The notes beneath the pieces were generated by a model. That model searched no databases. It saw only the letters and a list, made by a program, of their open reading frames with translations, and was not told where the DNA came from. This document shows, piece by piece, positions 45,893 to 53,928 of a stretch of DNA of 64,000 nucleotides. Origin of the DNA: Actinomycetota bacterium (GTDB taxonomy: Bacteria > Actinomycetota > Actinomycetes > S36-B12); NCBI GenBank assembly GCA_016870515.1, contig VGBL01000002.1, forward strand, positions 133,506-197,505, given 5' to 3'. The translations under genes were made by a program, and so were the position numbers. Numbering within the stretch: the stretch's first letter is position 1; each line of letters starts with the position of its first letter.

Positions 45893-46466
45893 CTATCCAA
45901 CCCACGCGCCGACCGCCTGCGCTATCAGTGAGGTAGACCGGTTTTGGACGACGAGGTTGCACGGGAACGCGATGCCCAAGCTGCTGACAAGGGTGATGGA
46001 TGGCCTCACCTCCGGCAGTGCCAGGCGTACCGCGGCCGGGGCGGCGATGTAGGACGCGCTTGCGCAGAGGACCCCGAGAACCATGGCACCCCCGACGGAC
46101 ATCACCGCCAGGGTGCTCCAGGATCTGAAGGATCGTCAGGAGGGTCACGACGTAGCCCTCGAAGGCAATTGCCGACCCCTCGAGGAGAACCAGGGCCGCC
46201 GTGAGCGTGACAAGTGAGGTCGAGCCGTAGTGCGCGGCCATGGCTCCCCGGTCGATGCATCCTGGTGGTGTCAGCATCCCCAGCAGCGCGAACGCCGCAA
46301 TCGGGATCAGGATGCCGAGGATGAGCGCAGCCAGGATTGGCCACGCCACCTCGCCAGGAAGTCGAAGGTCGGTCTTGAGTGCGACGGCCACCAGGCCGAG
46401 AACGAACGTCAGGACCGGAGGCGAGGTGAGCCTGATGAGCGCGAAAGAGACGACTCCTGCAGGTCC
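45893..46466 (-). pseudogene. Sodium-dependent bicarbonate transporter (SbtA / Sbt_1 family) remnant
   Basis: Family-like segments SPPVLTFVLGLVAVALKTDLRLP, AMAAHYGSTSLVTLTAALVLLEGSAIAFEGY and, in another frame, CASASYIAAPAAVRLALPEVRPSITLVSSLGIAFP. Only ~190 of an expected ~330+ codons remain. No start codon before the N-terminal segment. Frameshift near 46105. Confidence 0.55.
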
Positions 46467-46477
46467 TTACACAGGTC

Positions 46478-48604
46478 TTAGGCGTCGATGCGTCCGCGGT
46501 CAAGTGAGCCGGCCCCCGCGATGATGAACTCCTTGCGGGGCGCCACGTCGCCGCCCATGAGCAGATCAAAGACCTCCGACGCCACCGCCGCATCCCGAAC
46601 TGAGATCCGGCGCAACTGACGGGTGCCGAAGCCCATCGTCGTCTCGCGCAATTGCCCAGCGTCCATCTCGCCGAGCCCCTTATAGCGCTGGATGGGGTCC
46701 TTCCAGCGCTTGCCCTTCTTCTCCAGGTCCTTCAGCGTCGTGCGCATCTCCCCGTCGGTGAACGTGTAGTGAACCGACCCGGGCTTGCCGCCTGACCCTG
46801 GGACCTCGACGCGGTGAAGTGGGGGCATCGCGGCGTAGACGCGGCCGGCCTCGAGTAGTGGTGTCAGGTAGCGATGCATGAGGGTGAGCAGCAGGCAGCG
46901 GATGTGCGCGCCATCAACGTCTGCATCGGACATCAAGATCACCTTGCCGTAGCGCACCTGGTCGATGTCGAAGGTGCGTCCGGACCCGGCACCGATCACC
47001 TGGATGATCGACGCGCACTCGGTGTTTTTGAGCATGTCGGCTAGCGAGGCCTTTTGGACATTGAGGATCTTGCCTCGAATCGGCAGCAGTGCCTGGAGTT
47101 CAGCGTCGCGTGCCATCTTGGCGGTGCCGAGGGCGCTGTCACCCTCGACTATGAAGAGCTCGTTGCGCTCGATGTCCTCGCTGCGGCAGTCGACGAGCTT
47201 GGCCGGCAGAGCGGAGGATTCCAGGGCGGTCTTGCGCCGCTGGGTGTCACGCTGCGTGCGTGCCATCACTCGGGCGCGCATGGCGCCAGCGACCTTCTCC
47301 AGGAGAGCCTTGCTCGAGGACTTCTCCCCGCGGGGCGGATTGGTGATCCATTTGGTGAGTTCCTTAGCCACCACCTGCGACACGATGCGCGACGCCGCCG
47401 GAGTGCCGAGGATCTCCTTGGTCTGCCCTTCGAACTGTGGCTCGGGAACGCGTACGGCGACCACTCCCACGAGCCCCTCAAGGGCATCCTCCTTGGTGAT
47501 CGACTCGTCCGCCGACCGGAGGACTCGGGCGGACTTCGCCTGCTCGTTGAGCACCTTGACCAGCGCCCGTTCGAACCCGGCCAGGTGGGTGCCACCCTTC
47601 GGGGTAGCGATGACATTGACGAAGGAGCGCACGTCGGCGTCGTAGCCCGACATCCAGCGCAGCGCGATGTCGACGGTGAGTTCGCGCTCGACCTCCTGCG
47701 AGGTCATGTGCCCCTGGGCATCGAGTATGGGCACGGTCTCGTGGAACTGACCCGCGCCGTGAAGTCGGATCACGCCCGTGACGGGATCCCCCGTGGACAG
47801 GTGCTCGACGAATTCGGTAACACCACCCTTGTGCGTGAAGGATTCGACGTCTGCGCCCGCGCGCAGGTCGCGAAGGATCACCGTGAGACCGGGCACGAGG
47901 AAGCTGGTCTGGATCAGGCGATCGCGCAGGGCCTGCACGTCGTATTCAGCGTCCTTGGTGAAGACCTCCGGGTCGGCCCACCAGCGCACGCGCGTGCCGG
48001 TGCGCGAGCGCGGGACCTTACCCATCATGCGCAGGCCGTGTCGTCGCTGGAACTCAGATCCAGGCTTGGGTCCGTCGAACTCCCCGGCTACGCCGCGCCG
48101 GAAGGAGATGCCGTGGGTCTTGCCGCTGCGATCGACCTCGACATCGAGTCGCTCGGCCAGGGCGTTGACGACAGACGCGCCCACACCATGCAGGCCACCG
48201 GAGACGGCGTAACTTGTGCCGCCGAACTTGCCACCAGCGTGAAGCTTCGTCATGACGACCTCGACGCCGCTGAGCTTGGTCTTGGGCTCGACGTCGACGG
48301 GGATGCCGCGACCGTCGTCGCTGACCTCCACGGATCCATCGGCGTGGAGGATCACCTCCACTTTCTTGGCGTGACCGGCGATCGCCTCGTCGACCCCGTT
48401 GTCGACGATCTCCCACAGGCAGTGCATCAGGCCGCGGCCGTCATTGGAGCCGATGTACATGCCGGGCCGCTTGCGCACGGCGTCAAGGCCCTCGAGGACG
48501 GCGAGATCGCGGGCGTTGTAGCCCGACGAGTCGGGGGGCGCTGCGGGCTTCCGCGCACGTCCCTTGGCCGGCGAAGATGTCGCCGACCTCGATGGAGCTG
48601 CCAT
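46478..48604 (-). CDS. parE: DNA topoisomerase IV / gyrase subunit B paralogue
   Basis: 708 aa. GHKL ATPase LHCLWEIVDNGVDEA, GLHGVGASVVNALA. Toprim ELFIVEGDSA, ILMSDADVDGAHI. Confidence 0.95.
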   Translation of the reverse strand: MAAPSRSATSSPAKGRARKPAAPPDSSGYNARDLAVLEGLDAVRKRPGMYIGSNDGRGLMHCLWEIVDNGVDEAIAGHAKKVEVILHADGSVEVSDDGRGIPVDVEPKTKLSGVEVVMTKLHAGGKFGGTSYAVSGGLHGVGASVVNALAERLDVEVDRSGKTHGISFRRGVAGEFDGPKPGSEFQRRHGLRMMGKVPRSRTGTRVRWWADPEVFTKDAEYDVQALRDRLIQTSFLVPGLTVILRDLRAGADVESFTHKGGVTEFVEHLSTGDPVTGVIRLHGAGQFHETVPILDAQGHMTSQEVERELTVDIALRWMSGYDADVRSFVNVIATPKGGTHLAGFERALVKVLNEQAKSARVLRSADESITKEDALEGLVGVVAVRVPEPQFEGQTKEILGTPAASRIVSQVVAKELTKWITNPPRGEKSSSKALLEKVAGAMRARVMARTQRDTQRRKTALESSALPAKLVDCRSEDIERNELFIVEGDSALGTAKMARDAELQALLPIRGKILNVQKASLADMLKNTECASIIQVIGAGSGRTFDIDQVRYGKVILMSDADVDGAHIRCLLLTLMHRYLTPLLEAGRVYAAMPPLHRVEVPGSGGKPGSVHYTFTDGEMRTTLKDLEKKGKRWKDPIQRYKGLGEMDAGQLRETTMGFGTRQLRRISVRDAAVASEVFDLLMGGDVAPRKEFIIAGAGSLDRGRIDA

Positions 48605-48774
48605 GTGGGCAGGCTAGTCAAGGCGCTATCACGATCCGGGGAGGCGCTCCCTCCCGGCTGATCCCTGTGAATTCCCTCACAAATGCCCGGCGCGTCGCTC
48701 TCTCTCGATGAGCGGGAATATGCGGGGCGTGTGAGAGTGTTACCAGAACGCTACCGATGGAGGAGGTCCGGGAT

Positions 48775-48996
48775 ATGCCGACCACGCTCACCACGACCGT
48801 TCCCCTGGCTGCGTCCGATCGCTGCGACGGGTGCGGTGCCCAGGCTTATGTGCGCGTGACCCTGATCGGCGGTGGCGACCTCCTCTTCTGCGGGCACCAC
48901 TGGAACCGCCATGCCGAGGCCCTTCGCCCCCGGGCGGTCGAGGTCTTCGACGAGACCGATCGCCTCGTCGACGTAGTCGAGACCCCCGAGGCCTGA
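48775..48996 (+). CDS. Small conserved actinobacterial protein (DUF7455-like)
   Basis: ATG 48775 after GGAGGAGG; the ORF is open from 48757. DRCDGCGAQAYVRV...LLFCGHHWNRH Cys/His pattern. The family name is from memory. Confidence 0.65.
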   Translation: MPTTLTTTVPLAASDRCDGCGAQAYVRVTLIGGGDLLFCGHHWNRHAEALRPRAVEVFDETDRLVDVVETPEA

Positions 48997-49458
48997 ACCG
49001 CCATCCCCGGTGAGGCAGAGCTGTTGCCTCGCTTCGTCTTTTCTCCAGGGCCCGCAACTTGTGGCCGCGGTCCACGGTCAGTCGCTGCCCCGCACTCATC
49101 GTCATAGGCACGTTCGCCATCGCCGGATCGTCGCTGTGGTGCTCGGGCGAGGCCCTCAAGATGAGCCACCCGTGGTTCTCCTGCCCCAGCAAGGATGACA
49201 CCGTGCCCCACGTCGAAGAAGACCCATCTGGTGGGGGCGCTCAGGTGCAGATGACGGGCAGCGCAGCCGGCCTGACCTACAACCCCTAGGCCTCCGACCT
49301 CGGCAAGTTCCTCAAACTTCGATCCACCGCCCGCAACAACGCCGGGTTCTAGACGGTCGTCAGCACAGCCAGCCCGAAGGTCGTCAAGGGCCAGCGCTGA
49401 TTTCGCTCACCTACCAGGACTCGCAATCCCCTGGGCGTGAGAGAAGGCGACGATCGCC

Positions 49459-49770
49459 TCAGGAGTCCTGAGGGCTATCGAACTTGCGGAAGCCGAAGTA
49501 GTAGACGTAGACCACCGTAAGCACTGGGCCGACGGTGATCATCAGGAAGGGCACCACCCCGCCGGTCCCGGCGCGGATGTAGGCGAGCGCCGTAACCACG
49601 ACGGCAATGCCGAGAACGATCGCGATCGCCGCGAAGGCGTAGCGCTGAGGCGCACGCGCCGACCATGGCACAGGAGCAATCGGGTCATCCACCCCTGAAG
49701 GCTCCCACGCCCCCTCGGGCAGCGCCAGCGGGGCACCGACAAGCTGGCAACCGCTTGACCTTCCACGCAC
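49459..49770 (-). CDS. Hypothetical small membrane protein (2 TM)
   Basis: YAFAAIAIVLGIAVVVTALAYI and VVPFLMITVGPVLTVVYVYYFGF helices. Directly downstream of the NHLP-like ORF. Start uncertain. Confidence 0.45.
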   Translation of the reverse strand: MRGRSSGCQLVGAPLALPEGAWEPSGVDDPIAPVPWSARAPQRYAFAAIAIVLGIAVVVTALAYIRAGTGGVVPFLMITVGPVLTVVYVYYFGFRKFDSPQDS

Positions 49771-49794
49771 GCCACGAGCGGGGGCGGACAGCGG

Positions 49795-50112
49795 CTAGGT
49801 AGGACAGCGGCCGGAGAATCTGCTTCCCCACCCGCCACCGCCAGCAACCACTCCGAGATCGGCGTCACTAAGGTCCTCAGCCGCGGAAATGGTGAGGTGG
49901 ATCTGGGTCAGCGACTCCTCCTGAAGGACGGCCTGCACGGTGTCGGGAATGTCGAAGCCAACAACCTCGGCCACCACCCCGCAAGGATCAGCCAGCAGCA
50001 CGTCGCGGAAAGCGGGGCCTCCTCTGGTCAGCCTGGCCAGGGTGGACCGAGAACGCAAGCAGTTCAGGCTCCGACCCAAAAGTCTGGCCGAGCAGGATTG
50101 CCTGGGCTGCAC
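49795..50112 (-). CDS. NHLP (nitrile-hydratase-like leader peptide) family RiPP precursor candidate
   Basis: FRDVLLADPCGVVAEVVGFDIPDTVQAVLQEESLTQIHLTIS...DLSDADLGVVAGG aligns position by position with the NHLP consensus F[KR]..L...P..V....G..LP..V...V.EE....L.LVLP...LSDE.LE.VAGG. 13-aa tail GGWGSRFSGRCPT. GTG 50112; alternative TTG 50058 preceded by GGAG. Confidence 0.7.
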   Translation of the reverse strand: MQPRQSCSARLLGRSLNCLRSRSTLARLTRGGPAFRDVLLADPCGVVAEVVGFDIPDTVQAVLQEESLTQIHLTISAAEDLSDADLGVVAGGGGWGSRFSGRCPT

Positions 50113-50137
50113 GATCCGACCGGCGTGGGTGAGTCCT

Positions 50138-51715
50138 TCAGTCTAGGTAGTCGCGCAGGACCTGTGAGCGGCTCGGGTGCCGGAGTTTCGACATCGTCTT
50201 GGACTCGATCTGACGGATCCGCTCACGAGTGACGCCGTAGACCTTGCCGATCTCGTCCAGGGTTTTGGGCTGGCCGTCGGTCAGCCCGAAGCGCATGCGC
50301 ACCACGCCAGCCTCGCGGTCGGAGAGGGTGTCAAGCACCGACTCGAGCTGCTCCTGAAGCAGCGTGAATGACACAGCGTCGCTCGGCACTATCGCCTCGG
50401 AATCCTCGATGAGGTCGCCGAACTCCGAGTCGCCGTCTTCACCCAGTGGCGTGTGCAGCGAGATCGGCTCGCGACCATACTTCTGGACCTCGACCACCTT
50501 CTCGGGGGTCATGTCGAGTTCCTTGGCGAGCTCCTCCGGAGTCGGCTCGCGGCCGAGGTCCTGCAGCATCTGCCGCTGGACACGAGCGAGCTTGTTGATG
50601 ACCTCGACCATGTGGACGGGGATGCGGATCGTGCGTGCCTGGTCGGCCATCGCTCGCGTGATGGCCTGGCGGATCCACCACGTCGCGTAGGTCGAGAACT
50701 TGTAGCCCTTGGTGTAGTCGAACTTCTCGACCGCGCGGATGAGGCCGAGGTTGCCTTCCTGGATGAGGTCGAGGAAGAGCATGCCTCGACCGGTGTAGCG
50801 CTTGGCTAGCGAGACGACCAGGCGAAGGTTGGCCTCGAGTAGATGGTTCTTGGCGCGCCGGCCGTCTTCGGCGATCCACTCCAGGTCACGACGGAGCTTG
50901 TCGGCAATCTTCTTGCCCGCGTTGAGCTTCTCCTCGGCGAATAGTCCCGCCTCGATGCGCTTGGCGAGCTCGACTTCCTGCTCGGCGTTGAGCAGGGGCA
51001 CCTTGCCGATCTGCTTGAGGTAGTCCTTAACCGGATCAGCCGTCGCTCCGGCCTGGGTGACCTGCTGCACAGGCTCATCGGTGTCGTCGACATCCGACAG
51101 CACGAACGCCTCTGAATCACCCGAGGCGGGCGTCTCCTCGCCTTCGATGGTCGCGAGGTCCTCGGCGAGCTCCGCCTCCAACTCGGCTTCAAGGCCGGCA
51201 GCCGCTCCAAGATCGGGCTCCTCCTCGACCACGAGCTCCTCGATCTCGACCTCTTCGACTTCGACTTCCCCGCCGTCGACGACAACCTTGGTGGTTTTGC
51301 CGCCCTTCGCAGTCTTGGCAGGGGCGTCAGGCTTGGCTGAACCCCTTGCAGGTGCGGCGGCAGCCTTAGCGGCAGGTGCGGCCTTCTTGGCAGGCGCGGG
51401 CTTCGCCGCTGCTCTCTTGGGCGCAGGCTTCTTGACCGGCGCAGCCCTCTTTGGCGCGACCTTCTTGCTAGGGGCCTTCTTCGCAACCGGTTTCTTCGCC
51501 GCCGGCTTCCTCGCGGGCGCCTTCTTCGCGGGCGCCTTCTTCGCCACCGGCTTCCTCGCGGGCGCCTTCTTCGCGGGCGCCTTCCTCGCCGGCGCCTTCC
51601 TGGCCACCGGCTTCCTCGCGGGCGCCTTCTTCGCGACCGGCTTCCTCGCGGGCGCCTTCCTCGCCACCGGCTTCTTGGCGGCGGTCTTCTTCGGGGCAGC
51701 CTTCTTGGTCGCCAT
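50138..51715 (-). CDS. sigA: Principal RNA polymerase sigma-70 factor
   Basis: [51 protein letters not shown] 51715 ([10 protein letters not shown]) after GGAGG; the ORF is open to 51760. Lys/Ala/Pro-rich N-terminus. Confidence 0.97.
   Translation of the reverse strand: MATKKAAPKKTAAKKPVARKAPARKPVAKKAPARKPVARKAPARKAPAKKAPARKPVAKKAPAKKAPARKPAAKKPVAKKAPSKKVAPKRAAPVKKPAPKRAAAKPAPAKKAAPAAKAAAAPARGSAKPDAPAKTAKGGKTTKVVVDGGEVEVEEVEIEELVVEEEPDLGAAAGLEAELEAELAEDLATIEGEETPASGDSEAFVLSDVDDTDEPVQQVTQAGATADPVKDYLKQIGKVPLLNAEQEVELAKRIEAGLFAEEKLNAGKKIADKLRRDLEWIAEDGRRAKNHLLEANLRLVVSLAKRYTGRGMLFLDLIQEGNLGLIRAVEKFDYTKGYKFSTYATWWIRQAITRAMADQARTIRIPVHMVEVINKLARVQRQMLQDLGREPTPEELAKELDMTPEKVVEVQKYGREPISLHTPLGEDGDSEFGDLIEDSEAIVPSDAVSFTLLQEQLESVLDTLSDREAGVVRMRFGLTDGQPKTLDEIGKVYGVTRERIRQIESKTMSKLRHPSRSQVLRDYLD
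51296..51706 (-). repeat. Coding tandem/low-complexity repeat ([10 protein letters not shown] units) in the sigA N-terminal region
   Basis: Reiterated ggcgccttcttcgcg / accggcttcctcgcg units on the plus strand (clearest at 51476-51673) encode (A/P)(A/P)RK..AKK repeats. They create spurious ORFs in other frames. Confidence 0.8.
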
Positions 51716-51872
51716 TCTTGCCCTGCCTCCGATTGGTCGCATGAAGAGGGCCCGAGTCAAGTCCGTGTGGACCTGGCCGGGCTCTCATGCCGCGCTGAGC
51801 GGCGTGCCTAGGGCAACGCCCCGGGCCCCATTATTGTTCCATGTGCTCGGCCTCCGGCACGTCAGGGGCAGG

Positions 51873-52670
51873 TCAGCGCACGAGCACGGCGCGCCCCTCC
51901 CCCACGCGCAGCGGCAGGCGTGCCTCCTGGAGCACCGGTTCGGCCACCACCAGCGGGCCCAGGCCATCCACGACGTAGGTGGCGGACCAGACCGTCCAGA
52001 CGCGGACGTCGTGGGCGCCAGCACGAGAGTAGGAGTGGCTCACCGATCGATCGGGCCAGCGCCCGCCGGGCACGTCACTCACGACGGATCCACCGTCTCC
52101 GAACTTCCACACCCATCGGGGTTTCACGGAGAGGGTCACCGGCAAGCCGACGATGAGATGGCCTGATGTGCTCGTGCCTGCTGGTTGCCGGGCGTCGAAG
52201 ATGACCGGGAGATGAGGCAGGACACCCTCGGCGGGTTGATGTACAGGTCGCAGGGCGGGCACCACCTCGGTCACCACCTCGCGGAGTCGGGCCTCGGCAT
52301 CTTCGCGCCTCACCGGACCGCTCGGTCCGAAGCAGGCGGCCCCGAGGTCGATTTCGGGACCACCGGGCCTGCGCACGTAGATGCGCAGCCATTGGCCTTC
52401 GACACCGCAGAGGCGCGCTGGTCCACGACAGGAGCCCGCAGTCGTCATCTCGCACTGGAGAATGGCGCGCCACGAGCAACCCGGGCAGTCGGCCGCCTCA
52501 CCGCGCCCCTGCTGGTACATCGATCCGGGCAGCAGGAGGCTGCCCGTGCCCACGAAGGCATCTGCCTCGTCGTCTCCGATGATGCTGATATCGGCATGTG
52601 CGGCAGACAGGGGCACGAGGATGGCCACGGTGATGACGGCCAGGAGGGTTCGCAGGATTCGTGGTGTCAT
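51873..52670 (-). CDS. Secreted hypothetical protein with PKD-like C-terminal domain
   Basis: Signal peptide MTPRILRTLLAVITVAILVPLSAAHA. Six Cys in the mature N-terminal half. W.FGDG...H.Y...G...V PKD-like pattern (WVWKFGDGGS...VSHSYSRAGAHDVRVW). Confidence 0.65.
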   Translation of the reverse strand: MTPRILRTLLAVITVAILVPLSAAHADISIIGDDEADAFVGTGSLLLPGSMYQQGRGEAADCPGCSWRAILQCEMTTAGSCRGPARLCGVEGQWLRIYVRRPGGPEIDLGAACFGPSGPVRREDAEARLREVVTEVVPALRPVHQPAEGVLPHLPVIFDARQPAGTSTSGHLIVGLPVTLSVKPRWVWKFGDGGSVVSDVPGGRWPDRSVSHSYSRAGAHDVRVWTVWSATYVVDGLGPLVVAEPVLQEARLPLRVGEGRAVLVR

Positions 52671-52745
52671 GACCCGACGGTAGGAAGCCCCAGTGCTGGG
52701 TTGCCAGATGGTGGGCCTACCTGTGCATAGCCCGTGCGCGGTTGC

Positions 52746-53921
52746 TCAGAGGGGGTCGGGAACCACTGCGAGGGTGAGGGCGTGCCGCACGATGTCACCG
52801 ACCTGATCTGTCTCGATCAGGAAGCCGTCATGGCCATAGGGAGAGCGCACCATTTGGAGGCAATCGGCGCCCGGCGCGATGTCGACGAGCTGCTGCTGCA
52901 ATCGAGGCGGGAAGAGTCGGTCGCTGTCGATGGCCACCACGACCAGCGGACGCCTGACTTGACCAACAGCTTCCTCGACACCACCCCGGCCACGCCCCAC
53001 GTCGAACAGGCTCATCGACTCGGTGAGCAGGACGTAGGTGTTGGCGTCGAACCGCCGGGAGAGCTTGTCTGCCTGGTGGTCTAGGTAGGACTCGACGGCG
53101 AATCGCCCTCCGGCCCAGGGATCCTCATCGCCCTGCGTCTCGCGGCCGAAGCGCATGTCGAGTTCGCTCTCGCTGCGGTAGGTCAAGTGGGCGATTCGGC
53201 GCGCGATACCCATGCCGACGTGGGGGCCTTCACCAGCGGGCGCGTCGTAGAAGTCGCCCCCCGCAAACGCGGGATCAGCACGGATTGCGCCAATCTGAGC
53301 TGCATGAGTGCCGATCTGGTCGGCGGTGACGGCTGCGGTCGTGCCGAGCACCAAACCGACCCGCACGCGCTCTGGCGAGGCCACCATCCACTCGAGCACG
53401 CGCATGCCGCCGAGGGAGGGGCCCAGCATGAGCGCCCACTCGTCGATGCCCAGCGCATCGCTGACGCGGCGTTCGACTTCGACCATGTCGGCCACGGTCA
53501 CGGTGGGGAATCGACTGCCCCACGGACGGCCGTCGGGCGCGAGGCTGGCCGGGCCGGTGGTGCCCTGGCAGCCGCCCAGGACGTTGGCGCACACGACGAA
53601 CCAGCGATCGGTGTCGAGCGGACGACCGGGCCCGATGAGGTCATCCCACCAACCACCGGTGACGTGGCCGGGCCCCGCGGAGCCGGTGACATGCGAGTCA
53701 CCCGTGAGGGCATGGCAGATGTAGACGGCATTGGAGCGCTCGTCATTCAGCGTGCCCCACGTCTCGTAGGCGACCCGCACGGCGGGTATCACCGCACCGG
53801 ATTCGACCGTGACGTCGCCGATGTCGAGGAAGCGGCGCTCCCCCACGTCGAACCCCTCCCGCCAGGCACCGCTGGCGGGAGGAGGTCCGTCGTAGGACAG
53901 GGGACCGTAGGGCTCCGTCAT
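52746..53921 (-). CDS. metX: Homoserine O-acetyltransferase
   Basis: Start MTEPYG (53921), 7 nt after the metY stop. YICHALTGDSH, nucleophile elbow GPSLGGM, SDRLFP. Confidence 0.93.
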   Translation of the reverse strand: MTEPYGPLSYDGPPPASGAWREGFDVGERRFLDIGDVTVESGAVIPAVRVAYETWGTLNDERSNAVYICHALTGDSHVTGSAGPGHVTGGWWDDLIGPGRPLDTDRWFVVCANVLGGCQGTTGPASLAPDGRPWGSRFPTVTVADMVEVERRVSDALGIDEWALMLGPSLGGMRVLEWMVASPERVRVGLVLGTTAAVTADQIGTHAAQIGAIRADPAFAGGDFYDAPAGEGPHVGMGIARRIAHLTYRSESELDMRFGRETQGDEDPWAGGRFAVESYLDHQADKLSRRFDANTYVLLTESMSLFDVGRGRGGVEEAVGQVRRPLVVVAIDSDRLFPPRLQQQLVDIAPGADCLQMVRSPYGHDGFLIETDQVGDIVRHALTLAVVPDPL

Positions 53922-53928
53922 CGAGCGC

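Noticed and set aside
29107-46478. Integrase, transposase, IS element, tRNA attachment site or flanking direct repeats delimiting the catabolic island
   Set aside because: None of the translated ORFs shows DDE/tyrosine-recombinase-like motifs. No tRNA-like sequence or obvious terminal repeat was seen by eye. The island is therefore reported without a mobile-element call.
47054-48661. 535-aa plus-strand ORF, and similar long shadows (11821..12975 -, 1189..2034 -, 15001..16392 -, 54064..55146 +, 59720..60412 -, 41599..42837 -)
   Set aside because: Each lies antisense or out of frame to a gene with unambiguous family motifs (parE, asnB, oxidoreductase, permease/trkA, metY, AI-2E, aldehyde dehydrogenase). 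They have Arg/Gly/Asp/His-rich composition and no domains.
48788-49211. Minus-strand ORFs 48788..49201 and 48846..49211
   Set aside because: Their 3' halves are antisense to the conserved DUF7455-like gene. They overlap each other, have no RBS and no recognisable domain. The non-overlapping part is treated as unassigned sequence instead.
51057-52166. Repeat-rich ORFs over the sigA 5' region (51057..52166 +, 51468..51788 -, 50806..51486 -); possible CRISPR-like or separate repeat protein
   Set aside because: The repeats are in-frame coding repeats of the sigA N-terminus (KKAPAR units). The units are contiguous with no unique spacers, and there are no cas genes. The other-frame ORFs are by-products of the periodic sequence.
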